A stretch of 61,577 bases of DNA, the filler included, from Choristocarpus tenellus KU-1152 (Eukaryota > Protista > Phaeophyceae), in the NCBI GenBank assembly GCA_964200185.2. It is 9 parts of 9 records of this genome, joined end to end, with 100 filler letters (N's around TTAATTAATTAA, not from the genome) between each part and the next. Parts side by side here need not be neighbours in the genome. Positions count along the whole stretch, not along the records: positions 37,216 to 44,002 come from CAXNAD020007350.1; positions 44,103 to 47,468 come from CAXNAD020020505.1; positions 47,569 to 51,519 come from CAXNAD020016977.1; 6 more parts are not named here. The stretch is one strand, 5' to 3'. Positions within the stretch are counted from its first letter, which is position 1. Each line of letters begins with the position of its first letter. This document shows, piece after piece, positions 39,567 through 51,619 of this stretch. The notes under the pieces were generated by a model, which had not been told where the DNA came from, searched no databases, and saw nothing but the letters and a program-made list of their open reading frames with translations. The position numbers and the translations under genes are program-made.

Positions 39567-41878
39567 TCATCCGCACATTATATAGATGTGAGAGTGGACA
39601 TTCATAATACTATTCGATATATCATACTTATGTAAATATATACTGCTTAACAGTTCTGACAAAAAGACTTTTGTTGAAATATCGTGAATATGTGCATATG
39701 GCATCTTGTTTTTCCCAGGCCTATGTGTTTTCGTATTTTGAAGTCGAAACATGCTGTAATATTGTGTAATATAGAGGGAGAAATGGTTGAACATAGGGAT
39801 CTGTGGGAGAGGTCTTTTTTTATGGGCATATTTTGAATAACTTGCGCGTTCCAATCCACAAAGAATCCTCTATCCAGTGGGTCTCATCTGCCACAGTCAC
39901 AACAGTCAAACAAAACATGAGTGAATTGTTTGCATTTCCGGCATAGGAGAAGGGGGTCGGCAAAAGGCTGGAAAGTATGATGGGTTAGAACCTACCCATC
40001 ATCCTATAGGATTCCTTGGCTCTTCATTTGAAATTTGTAATATACCTCTGAGTACAGGCCTGCTGTGAAGATCCCTGAATAGTTGATTCATGACAATCAT
40101 TTATACCCTACTTAGTGTACTTGCTCCCTCCATTATTTTTATTGTTGCTATCTTGTTACTAATAATATTCACAATTGGTGTGAGGGGTTCCAGACCCGGT
40201 ACAAGATGTGAGGGAGGAGATGGAGTGGTGAGGGTGGAGAGTCCTGAACCCAAAGTTCAAGAAGGAACGGTTGTGGTACAACTTGTCAGTGGTAGTGCAA
40301 CAGCTAGTAGTCAGTACGAGAAGTAGTCCAGCGTGTAGTGCCTCTCATTGTGATTGGGATAATCATCAAACAAATACTCCAGAGTATAAAGATGTAAGTA
40401 AAAATACTTTTGGATTAATGTTAATAGTAGACCTGTGGTTGAAGGGTACCTCCCTCATGTCATCTCAATGTGTTACATACATTGTTTTTTTCCTGCCCAG
40501 TGACTTTTGCAGAGGTCATCATAAAGGGAAAGGAGGATAACATGTGGTAGGCAACAACAAGCAATAGAGTGAAAATCATGAGATCCTAGGTTAAGAATAC
40601 ACCAAACACAACAAAATAGAGGTCCATCAGCTAAACCAACAAGAAGAGGAGTGCATTTGAGAAAAAGAAAAGTAAACACTAAAGATAATAGAACAACCAC
40701 TTCGTACTATTTGGTTGCATCTGCTTCTAGACTGACAATATGAAGGTGATCGAGAAGCAAGAGACAAGTTCCATGAGTCGGTAATGTCCTCCTAGTCAAC
40801 CGACTCAGTGTCTCCAGTTTAAAACGTATGGCATGTCTGGAGATTACTATTTGAACAGTTACTGACATACATGTTGCGGGTATATTTTATCTGTTGTTCC
40901 CTCCCAACTAAGCACCTGGAGCATTCCATGGGACCGCAGAGGGGTCGAGGTTAAAGATAAAAGGGTAAAAAGATCCCTTGTGGTTGTCGCGCTTTCAGGC
41001 CTCAGCTGCTGCAGCAGCAATGCCATTGTTGGCGGGTATTATTGAAGGTTGCAGTCCCCTGGAAGCTCAGCAAAGGCACCGTTCAGAACTATGCTCTTTT
41101 CCAGCTAAGGGGCAGTGCCTCCATATGGAAATTGTGGTTAATGGTGGGGGGGCCTCCATCCTCCAAAGTGGAGGGGATTCCCATCTGCATGCAGACACTG
41201 CCCAGTTTCCCTGACCACAGGCGAGTGCTGCTGTAGTACTTGTCTTCCAGCCCCTGGGACAAGGGCGTGTACGGGCAGTAGTACCTACCACCGTTGACCG
41301 GTTGCCTGCATCCATCCACCGAGCGCACACTTGAAAGATCCTCCTCTACCCTTTTAATAGATCAGTTCACCATGAAGAAAAAATCTAGGGAAGGTATCCT
41401 AGCTGCCTTGCTGGCTCATTAATGCATTGGGTGGTTCTCGAATAAAAAAAACAGAATACAAATCGGCCATACATAAGCCGAGAGAGTGGCACCCAGTATA
41501 TTTGATGGCCGATTTTTGCTACTACTTCCTACACGCAAGTTCATGAAGTTGACATATTATCCTAGAATAGATTTGCATATATGTGGGTGCATTTGTTTCT
41601 AATACTAAGTAAGATGGTAAGGGTAAGGGTAAAAGTCCTCAAAATTTCAAAATAAAGAACAAAAACTCATCTACTCCCAATGCTTTGCTTCAATCCTCTT
41701 GTAATGTACTGTAGTCAGACCATAACAAGTAGGTGGGGTGACTATCCCTTTCCATGACAGCAATATGTATGAAGCGGAAGGGCGAGATATTATATACTCT
41801 GGAGTACATGATAAAAAATAGAGGTCACCGTCCATATCTGGTTCATGACACCGTTTTAATTGAGGTATTTTTTTTTAT

Positions 41879-42176
41879 ATTATGCCCTCTGACATTTTCC
41901 AAATGTTTCAGGGAAAAACCAATGATAACTATTCAAATGTCAGAATAACCCCTAAGAAGTAACAATTGTCATAAATGTGAAAGACTTTCACTTATTTACT
42001 ATTTTACTACCACCTATGCTACACTGCTGCCTTCCTGTGCCTCCAACCTAGCTTTGTCCTGCACCTCAGGGTGAGGAGCTAGGAGAGCATCACAAGAATC
42101 TGGCGGGGCCCTCCTTGCCCATCTCCTTGGTGTCTCCAGCTAAAAACGCACATGTCTAGATAGGGCTACTTGTGTT
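41879..42176 (+). repeat. Dispersed repeat family D, copy 2
   Basis: Aligns by eye to 35209-35545. Confidence 0.7.
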
Positions 42177-42359
42177 GCGTTTAGTTGGAAGTATGATGCG
42201 ACTATGAATGACAAAAATGTTGACGGTATATGTGGGATTTGTTATACCGTTCGTTGTAGGTGCATACTGTTATACTACTCCAGCATCCCTCGGTTTCTTA
42301 CCCTGGGCGGAATTCAGAATCTACCGATTAGTTGGCAGAAGAGCACGCTTCATGCTTGT

Positions 42360-42538
42360 GACCCAAAGTATCTGGGGGGTGGGGGTGGATCTACACCAGG
42401 GCGTCCATTTGGGCCATAACCAGGAAAAGTCCATCTATATCATCCATCCAATGCATGTAACCAAATCACCCAACATCGCAAGATTAAAAAATCGAACCCA
42501 AATGGACAGCCGCCATCCCCTCCCAGATACTTTGAGCC
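42360..42538 (+). mobile_element. MITE family A copy
   Basis: GACCCAAAGTATCTGGGG...CCCAGATACTTTGAGCC; TSD TGT/TGT. Confidence 0.9.
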
Positions 42539-42677
42539 TGTACCATATTTAAAACGTTGCTCCATGGCTCTATGACAACTTTTGTAGATTGCAGAATGTT
42601 AGTGTTCAGTGGTTATGGTACGAGTGTATGGTGCACGTAGGTGTTTTGGGCGTAGCTTAACAAATGGTAGACGAGGA

Positions 42678-42921
42678 GAGTCAAAGTATCTTAGAGGGAA
42701 GAGCTTAGTCCATTTGGGGGCCAAAATCCAATGTTTCCAATTTTCATGTAATTTTGGTTATTGTGTTGTTGCTGGGAAGTGTCAGTAACCATGTTCTGGA
42801 CACATCTTTTCATAACGAGTACATTTTACCTACTCTGAAACATTTTGGAGTAGGAATATGTCAAGCCAAGCCCAAATGGACAAACAGGGAAAACCTCGTA
42901 CCCTGTAAGATACTTTTCCTC
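42678..42921 (+). mobile_element. MITE family B copy (small internal deletion)
   Basis: GAGTCAAAGTATCTTAGAGGG...TACCCTGTAAGATACTTTTCCTC; flanks AGGA/AGGA. Confidence 0.83.
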
Positions 42922-44102
42922 AGGAGGCATTCTTCTTGATTCTTGCATCAAAAGGTGACATATGTTACATTATAGATGCCATATATGAATATGTATAATA
43001 GATTTGAAATATATATATATTTCTTTCGAAGTCAAAGACAAATAATACTGAATAATACCGAATAATGCTGATGATTCCAAAAATCGTATCATTTCACAAT
43101 AGTAGTAGCTATTTCATTTGGTATTGTCTTTGAAGCATCCTCGTGCCTCAGTAGTTCAGGGTGTGTTCCCTACACGAGTTTCACGGGTTTGAACACCTTC
43201 ATTATCAGACTTCTTTTCATGGATAGTCGTTTTGATGGTCCAAAGTCAACATAAGGACTATGGATTGTAGACCTACCTGTACTATCCGATCTGTTACAGT
43301 ACCAAAAGAACGACAAACCGAGGATGAGGTGGCAAGTTTTCAACGCTGAGGTGAGTTCAGAACAAGATTGGATTTGGAGTGAACACCTCCTGTACTATCC
43401 GGTCTTTGTGTTGCTACACAGCAAGAAGAATGCTGGACCTTAACAAGGCAGAAACGCTCATTTGCCAAGGTGAGTTGAGCACAATTTGAGGGAGAGTGAC
43501 AAGAGTGAGAGGTTGCAGCAATGCCTGAAGAGCAAGGCATAAACGGGGGGTACAATATAATAAGTCATAGGGCAACAACACTACTGCTACTATCAATTCC
43601 CACATACTCCTTTGACGTACGTTTTGTACTAGTAGTGTTGTGTATTGTGACTGATGAACTTGTTAGTGTGTCAAGCTACTCACGAATACATATTCTTGTT
43701 ACGTACGGCGTTCGTAATAATAGTACTGCAAGAACAAGAAACATGTTCGCGAAATACCAAAACATTTAATATTCGTGTTACAATATTTCTGGTCCTAGCC
43801 CTTCTATTCTTTGTCTTACAATGTACTGGAGTATTTACTTAGTATTATACCCTCTCGCGTTTTACAGATGATGTGTCAGGGGAAAAACCGATGAAAAGCC
43901 AATTGTGTTTATTGTACGTACATACCTGCTTTTGCATATACCCATCTATCTCTATACTTCTGACCCAAAGTATCTGAGGGTGGGTAGCGGCTGTCCACTT
44001 GGNNNNNNNNNNNNNNNNNNNNNNNNNNNNNNNNNNNNNNNNNNNNTTAATTAATTAANNNNNNNNNNNNNNNNNNNNNNNNNNNNNNNNNNNNNNNNNN
44101 NN

Positions 44103-44519
44103 CCCTCACACAAACATTTGCAGTCATCGTCAAGTTCGGGATCCTTTTCACCACATATACCATGGAGGTACCCACTGCACTTACGGCAAACTTGTGGATT
44201 GTGTAGAAAGACGGACCCGGTGTGTTTGAAGGTATCTTGCAGAGGTTTTCTGCGGCACAAGGCATGGCTTCCACTTTATTCCCCTACCATCAACGTACTG
44301 TACTGGTGTATGGTATGATAGCATTACTCAGGAAGAAAGGCACTTTTCGCGAGAAATGTTTACGCGCGCGCCAACATCGCGTGAATATTTCCTCGATGTT
44401 GTGCCAAGTCGCCGAATACGAGAATTCCGATACAAAAGCCTTTTTTGTAGCATGTCGAAAAATCGGTACAAAATGGGGTTTGGTACATAATAGTTGGCAT
44501 AAAATCGGGGTAGGTACTG
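44103..44519 (-). mobile_element. 5' end of a pogo/Tigger-like DNA transposon with a frameshifted Cys/His zinc-finger ORF
   Basis: Minus strand begins TA|CAGTACCTACCCCGATTTTATG (TA target + CAGT terminus, typical of pogo/Tigger). Joining the two overlapping ORFs gives CAAENLCKIP...HK/CRKCSGYLHGICGEKDP...CLC, a PHD-like finger. No DDE domain lies inside the contig. Confidence 0.55.
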
Positions 44520-45960
44520 TACAACAATACTACCACAATCGTGATTGTCGTATTATACGTTATTGTTCCGATGTTCTCTTCTTGAAAAGAAAAAATCGAT
44601 GCTTGTTTCCTTGTGGCGACAAAACTCGTATTACACCATTCAGAACATACAGACGATGTGTACCCTCCCTAAAGAATGCACTGCCAACTGTAACGATGGC
44701 CACACTCGGTCAAATAATATCCTATTAGAGGAGTAAGATTGGGAGGTGGTGACCATTAGGTTCCTTGTGAAGGGTAGGCCCTGTTTGACATGCGCCCATT
44801 CCAGCAACCTGTCAAGCACAACCCTAGTCTAGGTCAAAACGGAAAGGCCTTTCCACAGAGTGGTACACTCAATTTGATAGGCGAACACGACATGATACGA
44901 CATATTGACTGACACCCATGTCATCAATACGACTTAATCTCCCCGGTGTTTCAAGAAGTTATAAAAACAAGTATACCCACCCACCACTGTTGTTAGTGAC
45001 GGTCTAAGATCCTTTGGAGATAATTATTTCAAGCGAAAATTCCAACCTTTCACACTCCCAAGATGGTAGTGTTTAGGGTGTACCTAGAAAAATATAGTCG
45101 GTCCTTGTTCTTACGCCTACTCATCAATTTCGTGTTAGTTGATAGTATGATACGTAGAACACATTTGCGAAAAAAAACGAAATTGAGTGGAAATTATTCA
45201 CAACCACAACGATACTTATTGCTTTCCCCCTTACCTAATACATTTATTTGGAAAATGTCAGAGGGCATAATAATTAAAAATACTAATACTATACACGTTA
45301 TTTACTGTCGAGTCTTATACCAGTTGTGGAGACTCAAGACAGTAGATACAATAGTGATAGATTCTTTGCCACGAAAAAGATAAATCTGTGAATATATCAC
45401 TATTTCCTCTTTTAACATTTAGAAGATATGTGCAGACTGTTCAATTTGAAAATGTAGGGAAGCAATTAATTTTCCAAAATATATACTTTGATTGTGTAAA
45501 CTATCGATATCTGCGAGAACTTTCCAACTTTCCCTCCCACAATGATACTATACTTCAACTCACCTTCTCAAGAATAATTTTGGATTTTTGAAACACGGAC
45601 AAAAATTAATAACACAGTTTACAGAACAAACAACAAAATAGCTCAATACAATACTTAGTAAATGCGGAATTTTCCTCTTGACCATCCATAATCTTCAAAT
45701 CTTGTCAAAAGGAATTAGTGATGACAAACCTAGAACCCTGACTCTGATTTGAAGATTGATATATGGAAGAGAACGGTTTTCAAATCATCGGTGTTGAGAA
45801 GGGAAATTAAGGTGGGAACTTAAGAAGTTATTATTCTTTGTTCGTTCTCACGAACAAGACGACCATAACCCAACACCATACCCCCCCCTACAACCATCAA
45901 TACGCCCAATTTCGTGTACTTCCCGCACCAACCTCTGAGAGGGGGAGAGGTTAGGCAACG

Positions 45961-47052
45961 ATGGCTCGTTTCTCGTTCTTGACTGCAATCGCAGCTCTGC
46001 TCTCACCAGTCCTGGGACAGATTTCCGTGGATCTGCGACCATGCATCCTCGCATCTAGCGAAATGGTGAGAGAGTAGCCCCTGAGCTCTTCGAGAAACGT
46101 GGAGGTCACAACTGTAGCAGTGCAAGGGTACACCAAATTGTGCTCACCAAGTTGAACATGCATGAAGGAAAGGCGTGATCATGAACAATCACACTCATCC
46201 CTTCCACTTGGATGTCCTACCGAACGTACGGCTCGATGGATCGCATTCTCTGTGGGAGTCTCCCAGATGAAAGTTTCCGTCGATGCTAATATTTCAAGAT
46301 ATCTCTTGATTGCTGTTGAATACTCCGCCACTCGCATTCTACACTTCCGTAATACTTGCAGATCAAGGATGTTGGGACTGTGGCCGAGGCGTATGTCATA
46401 TCCCAGTGGTACAGGGGATTCTGGTCTGCCTCTCAGGTTTGCAATGGTTCCCTGCGCAAAGAGCCGTCTCCTTTGTTGAAATGAAGCAATCGAACAACAG
46501 CCACCTTTTGAAAAAGCCTTGCTTGTTGTCACCATTCACTGTCAGAATATGATGATGTCCGATCTTCACACTCTATATTCGAATATGTATTCTCAACCTA
46601 CAAGAGCTTACGCTGCTCCATCTTCCCTATTGTCTCTCTTGGGCGAAGGAGGTAATGATAGCCCCTACTGGGACCTTGGATTTGGTGAATGCCGACGGGT
46701 CAGGAAAGTGCAACTCGATCTACGTGGGTATTGTTCCCACAGCTGACCAGAAGTTGGAGCTTCAATCTTACGCCTCAACATTCTCGGTAAGTAAACAGTG
46801 TGATATCGAGAGTTTTTCTCACGCTGTCCAGAGCTACAATGTACCATAATTCGGATTATACTCGATTGATTTTCACTTATCTTTGGAAGCTCCTGCTGCC
46901 ATCTTCCTCTATCTAGGTTCGGATTGTGTATTTCGACTCAGCGGACACTGCCAACGACGATGAAGTACAGCAGAGATTGGGAGTCGCCCAGTCCTTTGCG
47001 GAACCACTGTATTCGGAAGCAGTGCCCATACCTGAGGGCCTGAAGCTGACTA
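45961..47052 (+). CDS. Secreted protein, possibly Agd3-like polysaccharide deacetylase (N-terminal part), 3'-truncated; exons 45961-46065, 46362-46436, 46649-46786, 46917-47052
   Basis: Four in-phase GT-AG exons: MARFSFLTAIAALLSPVLG (signal peptide) QISVDLRPCILASSEM|IKDVGTVAEAYVISQWYRGFWSASQ|EVMIAPTGTLDLVNADGSGKCNSIYVGIVPTADQKLELQSYASTFS|VRIVYFDSADTANDDEVQQRLG. The gene model is reasonably firm; the family call is from remembered motif similarity only. Confidence 0.62.
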
Positions 47053-47748
47053 GTAAGTGACAAGAGCTCAAGTCAATCGTCGAAGTGAAGTATTTCGTGT
47101 TAGACTGTAATTGTGTGTCTTTTTCCATTGTAGAGAGAAATAGGTGAAATATTATCTGAATGTGTGGGTTCCTGTTCTTCATGTTCAATACACATGGTGA
47201 CATATTGGAAGACCGGACTGTGGTGGGTTATAATTGAATCTCTTCACAGTATGAAATATAGAAGTTACGAATGAATCACAAAAAAAGCATGGAGTAGATA
47301 CAACGAATTATGGCTTGCCTAGATTGTATTGTCTCTGGGCTATTTCTATTTTGATACTCAGCATTGAATCTGGTGTGAAACGTGTTGATGGCTCAAAGTA
47401 TCTTGGGGGGGGGGGGGGGGGGGGGGGGGGGTGCCGGTGGTGTCCCTGTTTTTTCTGTTGTGTGTGTTNNNNNNNNNNNNNNNNNNNNNNNNNNNNNNNN
47501 NNNNNNNNNNNNTTAATTAATTAANNNNNNNNNNNNNNNNNNNNNNNNNNNNNNNNNNNNNNNNNNNNACGTCGGATGGATACTGAAAATCCACTTTCCC
47601 TTATTTTGGCCCACATGGAACCCCTAGTGTAGCCCCCCCCCCCCTCCCAGATACTTTGGGTCAGAAGGCTTTTGCAACCTCTGCTAGCATTGCCCTCTGC
47701 AAAAGATGAATAGTTTCCCATTCATTGGGAGTGAGTTTGCTGTCTCAC

Positions 47749-50700
47749 ATTTGTAGCATTGGCGTCTGCCTTCATGTTCAATAGCACTTTTACCATCACC
47801 GCATCGTTGTTGGTGGCAGCAAGATGTAGAGCAGTAAAGCCAGTGCCCTGTTCAGGAAGGAATTTAGTTGGGACCATGCTGTCAATGGTATGAGGTATAG
47901 AGGTCCAAGAGTGCAACAATGATACGATAAGTGCTGGTCATAAAGTCATACTCTGAGTCATACCCTCTATGATGCTCTTTTTTTAGAAGAAGGCATTGCT
48001 CGTGATTTAATTCACTATTCAACATGGGCATCCAGCCGGCCATGGTCTCGATCATACATTCAGCAAATGTATCATTGACGAATAAATACCAAGGGACATA
48101 CAAAACTCCCATTTCTCTCAAGGCTTGTTCAAATACTTTGAAATCTTTGGATCAACAATACAGTTGTATCATTTTCTGACCAATGCATTTGTGTTCTGGA
48201 TTTGTATGTTTTGTCTACAAAGTATGCACCACAGAACACTAGCTTGCTCTTCCAGAGATTATGCCACTCAAGAGAGGGTACACCTCAACTCGGATGTTTT
48301 CCCACTACAACTTTATATTGAGGCAAACTGCAAAAACTCTACGCCCCCTCCAATGAAAAAAAAAGTCACTTGTTCAACTCATAAGCAAGCAGATATACTA
48401 CCACCAAGTGCTGTATGTAATTGACTGCCCCATCAACCAAGTACCCAAGACAAATTCGAAGCGCTACTTTTGAAACTGCCACGCCCCCCTACTATTGTTC
48501 TATTTCAAGGTTTTGACAGTTGGTGTTATTGCAGAGTATAGAACATTGATATTAAGTAGCAGTTGTTGATCAGAAGGGCATGAGTAGGCTTTGCCAACTT
48601 GCTGCTGAATGAAGAGAGTTTTAGTTCATCTATCAGGGATGAGGTCCTAACTGTGGCAACATCCGCTAAGTTCTAGAACACCAAGCAGTGGTGAACATGT
48701 GTGGAGCTTCATCTCAACTATGTTCATGTCAGCACAAAATATAGAAAATATATCATAGTTCTTACTTGCCAAAGAGGCAGTGGACGACAAGGCTCAAAGT
48801 ATCTGGGGGGGGTGGCGGCTGTCCACTTGGGACCAACTTGTTCTTGTCGCGATTTCTGGGTGATTTGGTTCCATGGGTTGGATGGATAATGAAAGTGCAC
48901 TTTTCCTGCTTTTGGTCCAAATGGACACTCTGGTGTAGACCCCCCCACCCCCCCCCAGATACTTTGGGTCCAAGGAGTCAGAACTCTAATACTCCAAGTA
49001 GTTTTATTGTGGTAGAGGACGATCACCGTTGTATGGCTATCTACTCACTGCCAACACCTCCACAACGCCAGGCTAGTCAGGGTGTGTCATGTAGCAACAC
49101 AGCATGAAGTACTGAGTAGGTAGTGCATAATGGCATTACTACTATTGGAGTAGACTCTCCACGCTTCCTTGAGCAACCCAGCCAGATTGATCAGCTGAAC
49201 TACCACAGGAAGGTAGGCAACAGCACTGCAACCATCTGACAGAGTTGATTGAAACAACAAGCGCAACAAGATGTAAGTAGTACCTACCGCCTTCCTACCT
49301 AAGTAGTGTTTCTTTCTGTTGAAGTAGTAGAGAAAGAGTGGCATTATATAATGCAGTAACATCATCACTTACTACATGATCTCCTTCAGAACTGGGACTT
49401 CAAACTATGTGAACATTTTGATGTTGATGCCCCTCTTCAAAAGGTTACAAAATGTAGGTCACAAGTATACAAAGAACCTCTTGCTTTGTATAGGCTCACA
49501 CAGAACAACTGTTGCACTAGGTCTGACATTATGGGAGATGGTGATCAGATAACGGTAACAAATGCATCATGTATGTATGCAGCTTTAGGTGGAAGAATTC
49601 TAATAGTAGTGTCAAATTACTGTTCCTGTCACCTGATGAGTCAAAATGCGTAATAATTCAAAGTGCAGGGCACCTAGGAGTGCGAGTAAAGACCATCACG
49701 GCAACTGCAATCTTAGCAATGTTTTGGTTGTGCCTTCTATAGGGTATTATATTCTCGAACAGTCGAAACTCGCTCACGTCTTTGGTATTGACAGGATGCC
49801 CCTGAGCAAAGAGCTCTTCCACACACCAGGCTTTTTTCTTCGCCGCGGCTGCCATTATACGTTTCTCTGGTGGTAGGACAGACAACTGTTGAAGCTCTCG
49901 CTCATTGTCAAAGAGCTGAGTGCAGAGGGGAAGGAACACTGCCTGGGTGAGGACCAGAAGGCTAGAGATGCTAGCATTGAACAGCGACCGCTAGATCCGA
50001 TTGGTTGAGCTATTTCTATAGTACATTCGATGAAAAATCCATACACAGCCTTTCGTTTGATGAGAGGTTCTCAAAAACAATCTTGAAGTCAAAGGTCACT
50101 ACTACCACAATGTACCGTCTTCATGTACGGACTACCCTACCTTCACTCCCTAGCTGGATAGATTCTGCCCTCACTTGAACCTTCGCTATTGGCCAATACT
50201 GATTGACTCAAAGTATCTGGGAGGGGGGGTTGGCTGTCCATTTGGGGTCAATTTTTTCATATCGTGATTTTTGGGTGATTTGGTTGCCATAAGTCGGATG
50301 GATAATGCAAATGCACTTTTCCCGATTTTGGTCCAAATGGACACCCTCGAGTAGACCCCCCCCCCCCCCCCCAGATACTTTGGGTCATTCAAAATGGAAA
50401 AGATGCTGCCATCTCCACATAGCTCTGAAAAGCTGGTGAGGAGACCAACTCATCTCTGGCACTCAACAAAACCATCTGCATGGTGACAGCTACTCCGGAG
50501 TATTGCAACTATGGTCATAGCAACAACCACACCCACCATTTATTACTGCCTGGGGAATACTTTTGAGTCTGGTGCTATTTGATATGTTTTTCATGGAGTC
50601 TGCAAGCACGAATGAGATAACATCCTCTCATTACGGCTTACTGTGCTCTCATGACGTAGATCACGTGAAGCTATATTGAGGAGGGTTGGTAACGATGTGT

Positions 50701-51211
50701 GCATGACCCTTGGAAAAACCTGGTGTGTGAGTACGTTATCTCTGTCGAAGTGGTTGCGTCGTCCGAAATAATGGAGTATTTCAAGAGGTATGCATTTGAA
50801 GACAAGTCCATGTTCACCTCATAGCCGATTGGCAGGGGATGCGGAAAAATAGGAGTCCACTTGAGGTAGAGCTGAGGGTCCCTTACGAGCTTGAGGTCAT
50901 TCTCCAGTTGAGACAGACAATCTCCCCTTGCTAGGATACGGTTAATGTCAACCTGCAAATACTGGCAAAATAGTTGGGGTGACGTGGTAAGGAATGAAAG
51001 GTTGGGCAAGTACACCAGGCTGCCATTAACCTATTTTGTGCGTGTCGAATCCACTGACCGGTTTTTCCTCACGTTTTCTCAGAGCCCGTTCCCGTTTCTG
51101 GTTCAATGCTTGCCGATCTGAAAAGGCTGCTAAGACCACATTCTCGAACCTAGTGACTCCTTGAGAGGGCTCCTTTGACTTGGACACGCGTGGGTGCCCA
51201 GCTTGGGGCAT
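47749..51211 (-). CDS. Ankyrin-repeat protein, 3'-truncated; exons ~51211-51059, 50952-50818, 49915-49778, 47847-47749
   Basis: Phase-0 GT-AG exons join to ..IMAAAAKKKAWCVEELFAQGHPVNTKD|GTGFTALHLAATNNDAVMVKVLLNMKADANATN, an ankyrin consensus. Confidence 0.78.
48791..48970 (-). mobile_element. MITE family A copy (intronic)
   Basis: GGCTCAAAGTATCTGGGG...CCCAGATACTTTGGGTC; TSD CAA/CAA. Confidence 0.9.
50205..50386 (-). mobile_element. MITE family A copy (intronic)
   Basis: GACTCAAAGTATCTGGG...CCCAGATACTTTGGGTC; TSD ATT/ATT. Confidence 0.9.
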
Positions 51212-51619
51212 CTTGAGAAGTCCTACTAACCGTGCTCTTGGACCTGTTACTAACAGGGGCGAAACCGTAGTACTTTACCGAGAAGTCTTCTGGAGCACTT
51301 GAGCATGATTTGAGCTCTACCAGTTCGTGACTTGTCTTCAACTCAAGTTGCTGAGGGGAAACACTATCTTCTCCTCGTGATCTTCTCGAAGCCACAGACT
51401 GAGAGAGGGTACGTTTATGAGAAACCGATGAAACGTCTTAAATATGTCGTTTGCTTTCATTGGAAGAACCGCGAGAAGGGTCAAAGTATCTGGGGGGGGG
51501 TGGTTTGTGAGGGGGCGTCNNNNNNNNNNNNNNNNNNNNNNNNNNNNNNNNNNNNNNNNNNNNTTAATTAATTAANNNNNNNNNNNNNNNNNNNNNNNNN
51601 NNNNNNNNNNNNNNNNNNN

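Noticed and set aside
41020-41345. Cys-containing fragment (SVDGCRQPVNGGRYYCPY)
   Set aside because: Too short and frameshifted to assign to a family.
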